NCBI RefSeq assembly: GCF_963921235.1
Contig: NC_086107.1
Location: 86,676,001 to 86,740,000 of the forward strand
Length of the DNA stretch: 64,000 nt
Source of the DNA: Mobula hypostoma
Taxonomy: Eukaryota
Direction: 5' to 3'
The notes under the pieces: model-generated
Database searches by the model: none
Told to the model about the DNA's origin: nothing
What the model saw: only the letters and a program-made list of their open reading frames with translations
Shown here: in pieces, positions 11,382-23,600 of the stretch
How positions within the stretch are numbered: the stretch's first letter is position 1
How the letters are laid out: every line of letters starts with the position of its first letter
Program-made: the position numbers and the translations under genes

Positions 11382-12641
11382 TGTCACCCGATGCGAATAT
11401 GTGAGAGACACTGAAGTGGGTCCATAGGTCACAGACTTTAATGCCAACGGTGTTAAAGGGAAAAGAAAGCAATAAATGCTCAGGCAAACCGGGCCATAAC
11501 CTAAAACTCTCAAATGGAAAATGAAGGCTACACTGCGGCTGAAAAGAACAAGTCAAGTCAAGTCACTTTTTATTGTCATTTCGACCATAACTGCTGGTAC
11601 AGTACACAGTAAAAACCAGACAACTTTTTTCAGGACCATAGTGCTACATGAAACAATACAAAAACTATACTGAAATATGCAAGACAACACAAAAACTACA
11701 CTAGCCTACAGACCTACCCAGGATTGCATAAAGTGCACAAAACAATGCAGGCATTAGAATAAATAATAAACAGGACAATAGGCACAGTAGAGGGCAGTAG
11801 GTTGGTGTCAGTCCAGGCTCTGGCTATTGAGCAGTCTGATGGGGGAAGAAACTGTTACATAGTCTGGTTGTGAGAGCCCGAAAGCTTCGGTGTCTTTTGC
11901 CAGATGGCAAGAGGGAGAAGAGTTTGTATGAGGGGTGTGTGGGGTCCTTCATAATGCTGATTGCTTTATGGATGCAGTGTGTGGTGTAAATGTCTGTAAT
12001 GGCGGGAAGAGAGACCCCGATGATCTTCTCAGCTGACCTCACTATCCGCTGCAGGGTCTTGCCATCCGAGATGGTGCAATTTCCGAACCAGGCAGTGATG
12101 CAGCTGCTCAGGATGCTCTCAATACAACCTCTGTTGAATGTGGTGAGGATGGAGGGTGGGAGATGGACTTTTCTCAGCCTTCGCAGAAAGTAGAGACACT
12201 GCTGGGCTTTCTTTGCTATGGGGCTGGTGTTGAGGGACCAGGTGAGATTCTCTGCCAAGTGAGCACCAAGAAATTTGGTGCTCTTAACGATCTCTACAGA
12301 GGAGTCGCCGATGTTCAGCAGAGAGTGGTCGCTGCATGTCCTCCTGAAGTCAACAACCATCTCTTTTGTTGTGTTCACATTCAGAGACAGGTTGTTGGCA
12401 ACTAAGAATAAAATGAATATCACTAGTCTTTAGAGTCAGTTGACTCGACACTCCAATTTCTCAGGCAAAGTGGAATGAAAGCAGGCAACGAAGCGTTGCT
12501 GTGTCCTGTCCAAGTCTCGACAAGCACTACAACAAGTATGGAGTTAAATACTATCACAGTTAAATAATAATTAGCTGACATGCGCATTTTCAAAAGCACA
12601 ATTGCCGTATCTACTGTGCTGCCGAATCCGTGGTTGTGACA
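11382..12641 (-). mobile_element. Second copy of the same LTR, inverted and split by a LINE insertion
   Basis: 11382-11551 and 12399-12641 are the reverse complement (with substitutions) of 9559-9985. The same PBS-like 12-mer follows at 11370-11381. Confidence 0.8.
11552..12398 (-). mobile_element. 5'-truncated Rex1/Babar-like (CR1-group) LINE inserted in the LTR
   Basis: Open RT C-terminal frame 'NNLSLNVNTTKEMVVDFRR...KKAQQCLYFLRRLRK...CITAWFGNC...NSFFP' (11824-12400). Minus-strand tail AATAAAAAGT(GACTT)n. Confidence 0.85.
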
Positions 12642-13540
12642 TTCTGTGGATGTAATAATATATTCTGCATTCTGTTTTCCTTTTCCCTTTTGTACTACCT
12701 CAACGTACTTAAGTTTTGAAGTACTCTGTCTGGATGGTATGCAAAGAAAGCTTTTTTCTGTATCTCAGTACACATGACAGTGGCAGTGAACAGTTGTGGA
12801 CTGGGGGATGGGGGAGTGTTGCAGGACAGATGTTGTAGACCTAGGAGTATGTGTACATAATTGCCTAAGAGTGTCATCACCGATTAACAGAACTCTGAAA
12901 ACTTGCATCCTTCTTCAGTTTCACTGTGTGTATTTGTGCAGGAAGAGAACAGCTATCCCCCTGTCACCACACTTTTCTTAAGTCTGAACAGAGAAATGCC
13001 ATTTTTATGCAGAAATTGTCTCTTTGGATACAGATATTGATCAAATAGAGACTGTACACTTCTGAATTCCATCATTTTCCTGTTTGTATCAATCATAATG
13101 CATATTTCAAGAGTTAATAAGCAATTAAATCTGCATGTTATTTGCCAATAATACTAGAGGATCAATAAAATAACTTTCCACGAACTGCAGTTTGTCCAAC
13201 AATCTTTTGTTTGCATCTTTATCTTGACATTCTTGGTGACCTTGGTTCTGATGCTTGAATGGGAAGGCTGCACAAAGTGACGACCAGCTCTCAAAGATTT
13301 GGTTCAGCCTCTGACTGCCTGCACTTCCTTCTGACAGCACACCAGCTCCAGTGAAATGGAGGTGTGCTCGGACGCAGTGCTACAGGGTCAACCGATATAT
13401 TCTGTATTCTGTCTTTAAAAAATTTCTTTTATGATCACAAGACGGTGCTGGACATTACGAACTTAAAGTACTGTAGGTCTACCCCATCAGTGAGTTGCTT
13501 GTCGGCAGGAAAAGTGAAGGAGCTGGACTTGGTGGGACTT

Positions 13541-13633
13541 GGGTCCTGACGAAGGGTCTCGGCCCGAAACAACGATTGTACCTCTTCCTAGAGATGCTGC
13601 TTGGCCCCCTGCATTCACCAGCAACTTTTATGT
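13541..13633 (+). mobile_element. Short Penelope-tail-type retroposon insertion with a 9-bp TSD
   Basis: 'gtcctgacgaagggtctcggcccgaaac...gatgctgc'. Flanked by GTGGGACTT at 13532-13540 and 13634-13642. Confidence 0.7.
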
Positions 13634-14009
13634 GTGGGACTTAGTGTGAGTTGTGCTGCTGACCGTATCAGAGGGGTGATGGAGAGATTTGGTGCACCAG
13701 GGTGTGGTGCTGTCTTGCAATAAATGAATCTCTTAGTCACTTTTCTGGCGATCGCAAGAGCCCTTTAGACATTGTTAATGTGGAATGCTGCAAGACAAAT
13801 TTGTTCTTTGGTTTACTGGTGAGTAACGGGGGAACAGTGAGGGCTTGGTCATACTGAGGACCGGGCCTCAAGCCGCAGTGTTGCCTGTTCATAGTGACTC
13901 CGGGGGAGGTGTCAGAGTTGGGTACTCCACCGGAATGCTGGAGGCAATGTGGCACAGTGTCCATGCTGGAGTCAGAGTGGCTCCAACCCACCATTGTTCG
14001 CTCAGCAGA

Positions 14010-14765
14010 AGACAAGTGTGAGGTGGTTCATTTTTGTAGGTCAAATATGATGGCAGAATATAGTATTAACGCTTGGCAGTGTGGAGGATCAGAGGGATCT
14101 TGGGGTCGGAGTCCATAGGACACTCAAAGCTGCTGTGCAGGTTGACTCTGTGGTTAAGAAGGCACACGGTGCATTGGCCTTCATCAACCATGGGATTGAG
14201 CTCAAGAACCGGGAGGTAATGTTACAGCTTTATAGGGCCCCGGTCAGACCCCAATTGGAGTACGGTGCTCAGTTCTGGTCACCTAGCTACAGGAAGGATG
14301 TGGAAACTGTAGGAAGGGTGCAGAGGAGGATGTTGCCTGGATTGGGGAGCATGCCTTATGAGAATAGGTTGAGTGAACTTGGCCTTTTCTCCTTGGAATG
14401 TTGGAGGGTGAGAGGTGACCTGATAGAGGTGTATAGGATGATGAGAGGCATTGATTGTGTGGATAGTCAGAGGCCTTTTCCCAGGGCTGAAAAGGCTAAC
14501 ATGAGAGGGCACAGTTTTAAGGTGCTTGGAAGCAGGTACAGAGGAGATGTCAGGGGTAAGATTTTTACGCAGAGAGTGGTGAGTGCGTGGATTGGGCTGT
14601 TGGCAACAGTGGTGGAGGCAGAATCAATAGGGTCTTTTAGGAGACTCCTGGATAGGTACATGGAGCTTAGAAAAATTGAGGGCTGTGGGTAACCCTGGGT
14701 AATTTCTAAGTAAGTACATGTTCAGCACAGTATTGTGCTGTAGGTTTTCGATGTCCTATGTTCTA
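14010..14765 (+). mobile_element. CR1 LINE 3' fragment (RT C-terminus)
   Basis: 203-aa frame 'QRDLGVGVH...VRPQLEYGAQFWSP...RGDLIEVY...FTQRVVSAW'. Ends in a (ctatgtt)-like tail. Confidence 0.9.
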
Positions 14766-15629
14766 AAATTCATGGATTATATTTTACTGAAATCTTATAT
14801 ATGCTATGTGGCGTGTGCTGTGTGTGATTGTTAATACTATGTTTTGCACCTTGGCCCCCAAAGTAACTCTGTTTTGTTTGGCTGTTTTCATGTGTATGGT
14901 TGAATTACAATTAAACTTGAACATGAATCTTAACCTTGCCCTGCTGAAACTTCCACAAAAATGACTTTACAGATGGGCCAGATGGTGAAGTATTTGGTAT
15001 ACTGGCCTTCAAGCAGTGAAGACAATTAGTATAGGAGCTGGAATGTGATGTTCTTTTTAGACAAGATATTGGTGAGTCCACACCCCAAATATTGTGTGCT
15101 GCTTTGGTCACCCCATTGTAGAAGAGATGTAATTAAGTTACAAAGAGTGTAAAGAAGCTGTAGAACAATAATGGTGGCAATCGAGGGCTACGTTACAGAG
15201 AGAGGTTGGGCAGGCTAGACCTTCTATCCTTGGTGAGTAGTAAACTGGGAATTGACATTACAATGACATATATAATCATGAGGAGATGAGTGCATGCAGT
15301 CTTCTACCCAGTAATAGAGAATCAAAAAGCCAAAGGGTATAGATTACACTCACCACAGGCCTTCAGTCAGACAGGAAACCATCTACTACCACTGTCTAGC
15401 TTCTCCCACAAAGCTGATATCTAATCCAATTTACTACCTCTTTGAATGCCGATTGACTAAACCTTCCTGACCAACCTTCCCTGCAGGACCTTGTCAAATA
15501 CTTGCTAAAATCCATGTAGACAACATCCAATGTCTTGTCTTCATCAACTTTCCTGATAACTTCCTCAAAAAACACTCTAGGATTGGTTTGACATGACCTA
15601 CCACACACAAAGCCATGCTGACTACATTA

Positions 15630-17520
15630 TGACATGCACCCAACCATGCCAGCCTCAGGGGTTTACATGCTCTAACTCTCCCGAATATCGATAGCTGGCA
15701 TTGGCCCTTTAAATATTCAGGGCCCGGCCCTGCTTTGGTGCCCAGATTTTAATATTTAAAGAGAATCTGAATTGCGTTTCAGTGCTCAATCATCAATGCA
15801 ACTTTGAATTCTTGTCTAGCATCTGGTTTAGAACCCTGTCTTTGTTTCAGTCTGGTATTATGTCTCAATTCTAGTATCGTATACTGCTGTACAGCCCGGC
15901 CTTACTGCATTTCATTTCCACTTCCCGACCTCAGATAATGACCAGCCTGTCTCCTGCTCAGAGTCCTGTTAAGTCCATGTAGAGCAGTCGTATGAGACTC
16001 TCCGCCGACGAGCGGTCCCGGCATTGGAGCTGAGGTTGCTGCTGTTGCTGCAGGGAAGCAGGTCACCTGCAGGTCGAACGTTCAAAGCTGCAGTCATCAC
16101 AGCTAAGACAATTCAGTGTTGCAAAGACCGTAACAGAAGTCACCACTACTCCCAACCCTACTGATTCTGGTTTCATGCTGAAGGCGGAGATTTCCTTAGG
16201 GTAAGAACTGATGAGGGGTGAATGCCTTTGCGGACTCTGGGGCAGCCGATAATTCCCTGGACTTGAGGACCATCCATCAGCTCATTGTACTTCTGCAGGA
16301 GTTGAGCCAGCGCATGCCCGCAATAGCTCTGGACAGTCAACTTCCTGATTCCGGGCAGATCCTGCAGCAGACATCAGCTTTGCGGACGAGGATAGAGGAA
16401 CGTGCAGCCAACATTTCTTTCTATATCATCGATTCTCCTCACACTCCCCTGATCCTCCGGCACCATTGGCTTTCGCAGCAAAACCCAGCTGTGAACTGGA
16501 AGTAAGGGAGGATCATTGCATGGTCCAGTCAATGCAAGATGGTACGTTTTCAGTTTGGTGTTCTGACTCCCAGACTCTCTCGAGACCAGCAGCCGACGTG
16601 CAGGCAGGCTTTTGTAACCTGAACCCAGTCCTGCCTCCAAGGGCAGTCAATCTGACTCCAGCCAACAGAACAGTGCGAGTCCAACCCTGTCTAGTTGGGA
16701 TGTACTGGAACTAGAGTGAGAGTGTCTCTAGTTTAGGAGCAAGCTAAGGAGGTGAGCAAGCAGTCTGGAGCTCTAGCAGCCAAACCTAAGGGATCCAGTT
16801 ACCAGGTACTCTGTGAGGAAAAAGCTCCAAAATATAGACACTTGGAGCTGAGTCCCAGGAGCACAAAGACCATCTGTAGCACCTCAGTGCCATTATCTGA
16901 GGATACAGATAGTGAATTGGACTCTCTATTTCAACGGAGACTCCGGTGAACCTATGGAGGAGACTGAGGTCTGCCTTATCTTCCCTGCTACCTAAGGAGA
17001 TGTCTTTGGAAGGAGGTTCTGGGGTAGTTGCAACATCCAAACTGGTTGAAATCCATTCCATCTACAAGGATTTGCAAGAGGTCTTCGGTAAGGGAGAAGC
17101 CTTGACTCGTGCACTACACCAACCCTATGACTGTGCTATAGACACGGTACTTGTCCTCCACGGGGTTGATTATACGTGCTCTCAGGCCCGGAGACATGCA
17201 CTATGGAGGAGTACATAAAGGAGGCGGAAGAGTACATACGGGAGGCTCTTGCCATGGGAATCATTTGGTCCTACACCTCACCAGGGGGCGCAGACTTTGT
17301 ACAGAAAAAGGACGGGAACCTGTGGCCGTGCATTGATTAGAGAGGGCTGAATCCCTCTGTGACTCATCCTCCATAACCACCTCTCCCTGACCCCGGGCAC
17401 TTTCCCTCCACTCACTGACAGCGCTACACCTCTTCCCTCTCCACCTGTCAGGGACTGAATGAGCACATCGAGGTGAGGCTGAGATTCGTACACGCCACTG
17501 TTTCTGCGGCTCCAGCCACA
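15630..17520 (+). mobile_element. Degenerate Tf1/sushi-like Ty3/Gypsy internal region (protease and start of RT)
   Basis: Aspartic protease 'AFADSGAADN...PLILRHHWLSQQNPAVNW' (16218-16505). 'HQPYDCAID' at ~17118. '[11 protein letters not shown]...[16 protein letters not shown]' at ~17234-17352. Boundaries are approximate. Confidence 0.8.
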
Positions 17521-17798
17521 GTCTGAGAAGAGTGATACGTCCATATTCGAATGCATTTTCACACACAAAAAAAAAACAAATTCACAGGGACTGTCCTGGT
17601 ACAATTAATTCACGTTCTGTATAGACAAATCCGCAATGAGATGAAATAGCTGGTCGTGCAGGGAATCGGTATTCACACAGAAATTTGTTATTGATTTACG
17701 TTGAGGACTATTGATTAATTTTATTTTCGCTTGGTGGGCTTTTCAAATAGCTGGGAAGTGACAGTTACTTTCCGCGCTATTCTTGCTGCCGTCTGATG

Positions 17799-17910
17799 AT
17801 TGGAGAATTGGACAGCTCGCTGATTGGGTTTTTCCACACCACCAGTCGGAGAAAGCGCTGTACCACCAATCGTAAGTGTCATTCCGCAATCATCCTAGAA
17901 GCTATAAAAA
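17799..17910 (+). promoter_or_regulatory. H2A promoter (CCAAT boxes and TATA)
   Basis: Inverted CCAAT (ATTGG) at ~17799 and ~17823, CCAAT at 17866-17870, TATAAAAA at 17903-17910. Confidence 0.8.
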
Positions 17911-17947
17911 CAGTGAATGCGGAAGAATCGGTTCACTTTTTGTGTAG

Positions 17948-18352
<405 letters not shown>

Positions 18353-18382
18353 ATCTGCGAAACATTTGTCTGGCAACACAAA

Positions 18383-18423
18383 GGCTCTTTTCAGAGCCAC
18401 TCACGGTGTCTGTGGAAGGGCTG
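18383..18423 (+). promoter_or_regulatory. Histone 3' stem-loop and histone downstream element (H2A)
   Basis: GGCTCT-TTTC-AGAGCC at 18383-18398, then ACTCA, then GGAAGGGCTG at ~18414-18423. Confidence 0.93.
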
Positions 18424-19293
18424 AGCTGGGGAGTTCGTCCAGAGTAGCTGGAGCAGACAAGTCTCTCCAGCCACATTTTGACTCTTACCTGAAATAAACC
18501 AACTTCTCTCTGTGCCCGGACTCCCTCCCAGTTCTGAGTTCCTTTATCCTCCCGTATTTTACCAGAACTGAGGATATTCTCTCGCGTTCGCCCCTGTGCT
18601 TCCCAGAGCGGTGAATCCAACGAGCGGACCGACTGTCTAATGAACAGATGACATACTCCAGACTAACCTCAGACCCCAGAATATGAAAAACCCGCCAAGA
18701 TTATAATTTTATCCATTAGTTCTAACAACTGCAGACTTGTAAACAGGATTTCACATTCCTAAGGTTCCCCCTTCATTTATAATAAAGACCGTGTGTGAAT
18801 TCCTCACACGGGCGATTATTTGATTTTAATTTTCACTGATTTCCGATGGGAATAAACGCCGATTCACAGAACGCGGTAGGGTCAGTGTTTTATGTACAAC
18901 GCATCCGATTATAGACGGGTCACAACTGCAGTCGAAGCAGACACCGTAGTGTTAGTTCTGTGAAAGGACCATGAGTGAAACTATTGTCATCTCGAGTTAA
19001 AATCCGATTCAGGGCTTTTGCAAAGAGGGGTACTACAGTTAATATATCGCATTCAAAACAATTAAATATCAACGACAGCAAAGATCTTTACTGGCTGTAA
19101 AACTTTGTGTAAGTGAGACACAAAATGGCGAATAAAAAAGGGGAAGTGAGAGGGCAAAATGGCCGTGAGCTGGGATTATGACACCGGAATTCTACGGAGC
19201 AGTGGAAAATTTACTTTTCATACACAGAAATAAAATCACCTCCGACAGTAAAAACCTCCGAAGACAAGCTCGTTGCAGTCGAATGACGAAGCA

Positions 19294-19335
19294 TTAACTC
19301 TTCCGTGGAAACTGTGAGTGGCTCTTAAAAGAGCC
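19294..19335 (-). promoter_or_regulatory. Histone 3' stem-loop and histone downstream element (H2B)
   Basis: Minus strand GGCTCT-TTTA-AGAGCC at 19320-19335, then ACTCA, then GGAAGAGTT. Confidence 0.92.
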
Positions 19336-19354
19336 GTTGTTTTCGTTTGTTTAG

Positions 19355-19738
19355 TCANNNNNNNNNNNNNNNNNNNNNNNNNNNNNNNNNNNNNNNNNNN
19401 NNNNNNNNNNNNNNNNNNNNNNNNNNNNNNNNNNNNNNNNNNNNNNNNNNNNNNNNNNNNNNNNNNNNNNNNNNNNNNNNNNNNNNNNTCGACCGCTTGT
19501 TGTAATGGGCCAGACGGGAAGCCTCGCCCGCGATGCGCTCGAAAATATCGTTCACGAACGAGTTCATGATGGTCATGGCCTTGGAGGAGATGCCGGTGTC
19601 GGGGTGAACCTGCTTCATCACCTTGTAGACGTAGATGGAGTAGGTCTCCCTCCTCGACCTCCTGCGCTTCTTGGTGCCCTTGGCTTTGGACACGGCTTTC
19701 TTGGCGCCTTTCTTGGGAGCTTTGGGCTGATCAGGCAT
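19355..19738 (-). CDS. H2B: Replication-dependent histone H2B (3' part falls in an N gap; stop position uncertain)
   Basis: ATG at 19738: [14 protein letters not shown]...[23 protein letters not shown]...RLAHYNKRS, then Ns. Stem-loop lies just beyond the gap. Confidence 0.95.
   Translation of the reverse strand: MPDQPKAPKKGAKKAVSKAKGTKKRRRSRRETYSIYVYKVMKQVHPDTGISSKAMTIMNSFVNDIFERIAGEASRLAHYNKRSXXXXXXXXXXXXXXXXXXXXXXXXXXXXXXXXXXXXXXXXXXXX
19358..19488. other. Assembly gap / unresolved bases (131 N)
   Basis: Run of n seen directly. Confidence 0.99.
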
Positions 19739-19790
19739 TTCTTCAGTCAGTAACCGACCCAGAAATAACCAAAAGCGATTGGACTTCCAA

Positions 19791-19903
19791 TTAAATAAGC
19801 CGTGTGCCCCCGCCCTATGCAAAGGAGGAATCGGGATAATTAGGTTCTCATTGGTCGGTCCGGACGAATGAAAATTAAGATTCCCACCTAACGCTTTGAT
19901 TGG
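19791..19903 (-). promoter_or_regulatory. H2B promoter (TATA-like box, octamer variant, two CCAAT boxes)
   Basis: Minus strand TATTTAA (~19791-19797), CTTTGCAT (19817-19824; 7/8 match to octamer ATTTGCAT), CCAAT at 19850-19854 and 19899-19903. Confidence 0.75.
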
Positions 19904-20059
19904 ACAACATAAAGGACATTACACAGCCCTCGCTGTGTGAAAACTTACAAGGCAAGATAGAGTTACCAGGACTCTGCAATGGTTTATTAGGTTAACGTGA
20001 GATGACAAAAAGCTGGTTATCCAATATTGGTGACATTAGTTGAGTGTTAGGACACTTCA

Positions 20060-21070
20060 TTGGTAAGGTCTTCAGTTTTGGGTGGATGGAAACTGAATGG
20101 GCACAAAATCTCGGGTTGTTTAATGTGGAATATGGTCCCCTTTGTCACACCTGTATGGTTTTTCCCTTTGCCTGTGGTTAATTTCACCCGTCAAGAAAAG
20201 ATCAAGATGAAGAATGATAGTTATATCGGCGGCACAGGAAGTTCCACGTAGAGAATCACGTCTGAGATGTTTGCTATCATTTTACCCTCGCAATGGGGCG
20301 AAGTACGTCCCGATTTTGGGCTTTAATTCGTTCTCGGTTTTGACATCTACATAAACAGGTATTTTGAATTGTAGGCCAGATATTATTATTGAGATTGGAC
20401 AACATCTGTTCAGGCTGCAGTGTCTAGGCCTGTGTATATATTTCTTATGGGTCCCTGCTCATGTTGGAGTTGAAGGAACCAAGCAACCACTTACATTTAA
20501 GGCTATAAATGTAATGGTGCCTTTGCATAAAGGGGAGATGAAAGCCATGATTAAAAAAGTCAATATGATCACTGTGGCAACCCTGATGAAAAGAAAGGGC
20601 AACCTTTATGTGAAACTCAGAGGATGGTAAGAACTTACGTGGGAGATGGGTATAAAGGGAGGAAGAATTTATACTTACACATTTATCTATTGAACATACT
20701 AGTTTGAATAATTCTTTGTTCAGAATTAATACGCACGATACGTGCGTTTGTTGGGAGCAGACTGGTCAAGAAACGATGCAACATAAATTGTTTAAATGCA
20801 GTTCCTATAGGTGTAAAGGAAACATATAATTGCTAAATTGAGATCTTTGGGGCAGACAGTTTAACATGGAAAGTTTGATAGGATATCATTGCCATCATAA
20901 TGTATATCATGTATCAAAAAACCATTTGAGTTTTTGATATTAATTGAGGTTTTTTTGGGGGGGGTGGAACTTGGTGGGTGTACTTCCTCTTTGCTCCACA
21001 CTCCACCTCAGTAGGTGGCAGTAATGCACCTTATGTTGGTCTGCCAACCACCAATAAACGTCACAAGAGA
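20060..21070 (+). mobile_element. Degenerate RNase-H-containing LINE (Nimb/I-like) 3' fragment
   Basis: RNase H motif 'FLWVPAHVGVEG' (~20443). 3' tail 'gtaggtggcagtaatgcacc...aataaacgtcacaagagaa'. Confidence 0.65.
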
Positions 21071-21099
21071 ACAGTTTACAGAACTTTGTTCCTTAAAAT

Positions 21100-22150
21100 C
21101 CCATCGCATCTATTTGATTGAAACAATTTGAAGAGTTAACAATGTATACTGATGTGGATAGCTTGAGAGGAGAATTTCATGTGAGATATATAGTGGAGTA
21201 AAGGGAACTACTGAGGCATGAGAGAGAGAGGAGCTGGCCAAAGTTGATTGAAAGGTGACACTAGCAGGGATAACAACAGTACAGCAATGGCTGGAATCTT
21301 CAGAAGGCACAGAAAAGATAGAGGTATCCCATAGATAGAGGGATTCTAATAGGAGGATGGGGCAACCATGTCTGACACCTGTGGTCAAAGACAATATAAA
21401 AGCAAAAAAAAGGGCATATAATCTCGCAAAAGTTTGTGGGAAGTTAAAGGATTGGGAAGTTTTTAATAACCAACAGAAGGGAACTTAAAAAAAAGTCCTA
21501 AGGAAAGAAGAGATGAAATATGCAGGTAATATCAAAGAGGATATCAAAAGTATTTTTAGATGCATAAAGATTGAAAGAGGTGAAAATGGATATCAAGCAC
21601 CTAGAAAATTACATTGGAGAGGCAAGATGGGGAAAAAAGAAATGGTAGACAAATTTAATGAGTATTTTGCATCACCGTCAAAGATACATGCAGAACGCCA
21701 GAATTTTTAGTCTGTCAGGGGGAGAAGTGAGTGTAGTTCCGAATACTAAGGAAATGATGTTTGGGAAGCTGAATGGTCTGAAGGCAAGACACCTGGACCA
21801 GATGAACTACAGCACAGAGTCTGAAAGAAGGAGCTGAAGACATTGTGGAAGCATTAGTAGAGATCTTTCAAGTCTCACTAGGTTCTGGAATAATTTGGGA
21901 GAACTGCAAATGTTACTCCACACTTTAAGAAAGGAGAGAGGCAGGAGAAAGGATATTATAGGCCAATTAGTATGACTTCAAGTCATTGGGCCTACTTAAA
22001 GCAGAGCTTGATGGGTTCTTGTCAAAAGGTGTGAAAAGTTCAGGGTAGGTGGTGGGAGATGGGGGTGACAAGGATAATAAATCAGTCATGATGCATGGCA
22101 GAACAAACTTGCTGGGCCAAATGGCCCACTTGTGGCTTATGTTCTTATGG
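21100..22150 (+). mobile_element. Degenerate CR1 LINE fragment
   Basis: 'KEMVDKFNEYFAS' (21513-21710), 'gcaaatgttactccacactttaagaaagga', CR1 3' tail at ~22075-22150. Confidence 0.8.
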
Positions 22151-22659
22151 GTAGAGTTGCATTTGTTCTTTACCTGGAGGTTAGTGAGCACTTTCCTTGG
22201 AAATGGTAGTTAACAACAGTAGAAATTGCTAGGGCTCTACCATTCTCTGCTGAAATATACCTAATGACCTGGTCTTGATAGCTGTCTATTGCAATCAATT
22301 CCAGATTCACCACCCTCTGGTTACAGAAATTCCTCTTCATCTCTGTTCTAAATGGGTGTCCTTTTCTGAACTTTAACCTTTGCTCCTAGACTCCACTGTC
22401 ATTCATTCTTTGGGGCACCCCTCTGTTTTCATGGATGTTTGCAAAGAACAACAATTTCACGATATATATTGTATACATTTCTCTGACACTAAATGTACCT
22501 ATTGAAGAAACAGCATTCTGACATTAGTATCATCGTTTCTTAGATGGAATATAGTGTTTGGAGTATGGTGTTAGTTTTGGCCACCCTGCTGTAGGACAGG
22601 CACCATTAAGCGGCAATGAGATTAGAGGAGATTGTGAGGACATTGAGAATTTTCTGAGA

Positions 22660-23600
22660 TCCATGTGGATCCTCCTATCCTTACCTACCACCCATTAGCC
22701 TCTGCATCCAACCTATATCATCTGCTGCAACTTCCGCCACCTCCAAAGGGATCCAACCACTGAATATATCTTTACTTTCCTCCCCAACTCCTATGCATTC
22801 TGCAAGGATCGTCCCCTCTGCCATTCCCTTGTCCATTCATTCCTCCTCACTAATCTCCCTCCAGGCACTTACCCCTGCAAGCAGCCTTAGTGTTAAACCT
22901 GCCCATTCACCTCCTCCCTCACCTTCACTGACGGCCCCTAGCAGTTCTTCAAGGTGAGGCAACATTTCACCTGTGAATCTGCGGGAGTCCTCGATATTGT
23001 GTCCGGTGCTCCCAATGCAGCCTCCTCTACATTAGTGAGACCTATCGTAAATTGGGAGACCGCTTCATCAAGTGCAACTTCCCGGTAGCCAAAAACATTT
23101 TAATTCTGATTCCCATTCTATCATGTTGGTCCAGGGCCTCCTCTTTTGCTCAGTTGAGGCCTCCCTTGGGGTGGAGGAGCAACATCTCATATTCCATCTG
23201 GGTAGCCTCCAACCTGATGGCATGAACATCGATTTCTCCTTCCACTAAAAATATTTATCCCTACCCCTCCCCTCTTCCTCTAATCCCCACTCTGGCCCTT
23301 TACCTCCTCTCTCCTATCACTTCCCTCTGGATCCCCTCCTCCTTCTCTTTCCTCTATAGTCCTCTCTCCTCTCCTATCAGGAGTCTTCTTCTCCATCCCT
23401 TTACCTTTCCCACCCACCAGGTTTTACCCATCACCTTCCAGCCAACCTTCTTCCCCTCCTTCCACCTTTTTATTCTGGTATCTTCCTGCTTCCTTTTCAG
23501 ATCTGAAGGGTTTTGGCCCAAAATGTCAGCTGCTTATTCATTGCTATAGACGTTGTATGAGCTGATGAGTTTCCCCGCATTTTGTGTGTCCTGCTTTTGA
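22660..23600 (+). mobile_element. Penelope-like element 3' fragment (GIY-YIG region and tail)
   Basis: 'ctcctctacattagtgagacc...aaattgggagaccgcttc' (LLYI.ET...LGDRF, GIY-YIG-like), a pyrimidine-rich spacer, and tail 'gaagggttttggcccaaaatgtc'. Confidence 0.7.

Noticed and set aside
19739-19822. N-terminal extension of H2B in the ORF track
   Set aside because: The upstream ATG lies within the promoter, above the TATA box; the real start is ATG 19738.
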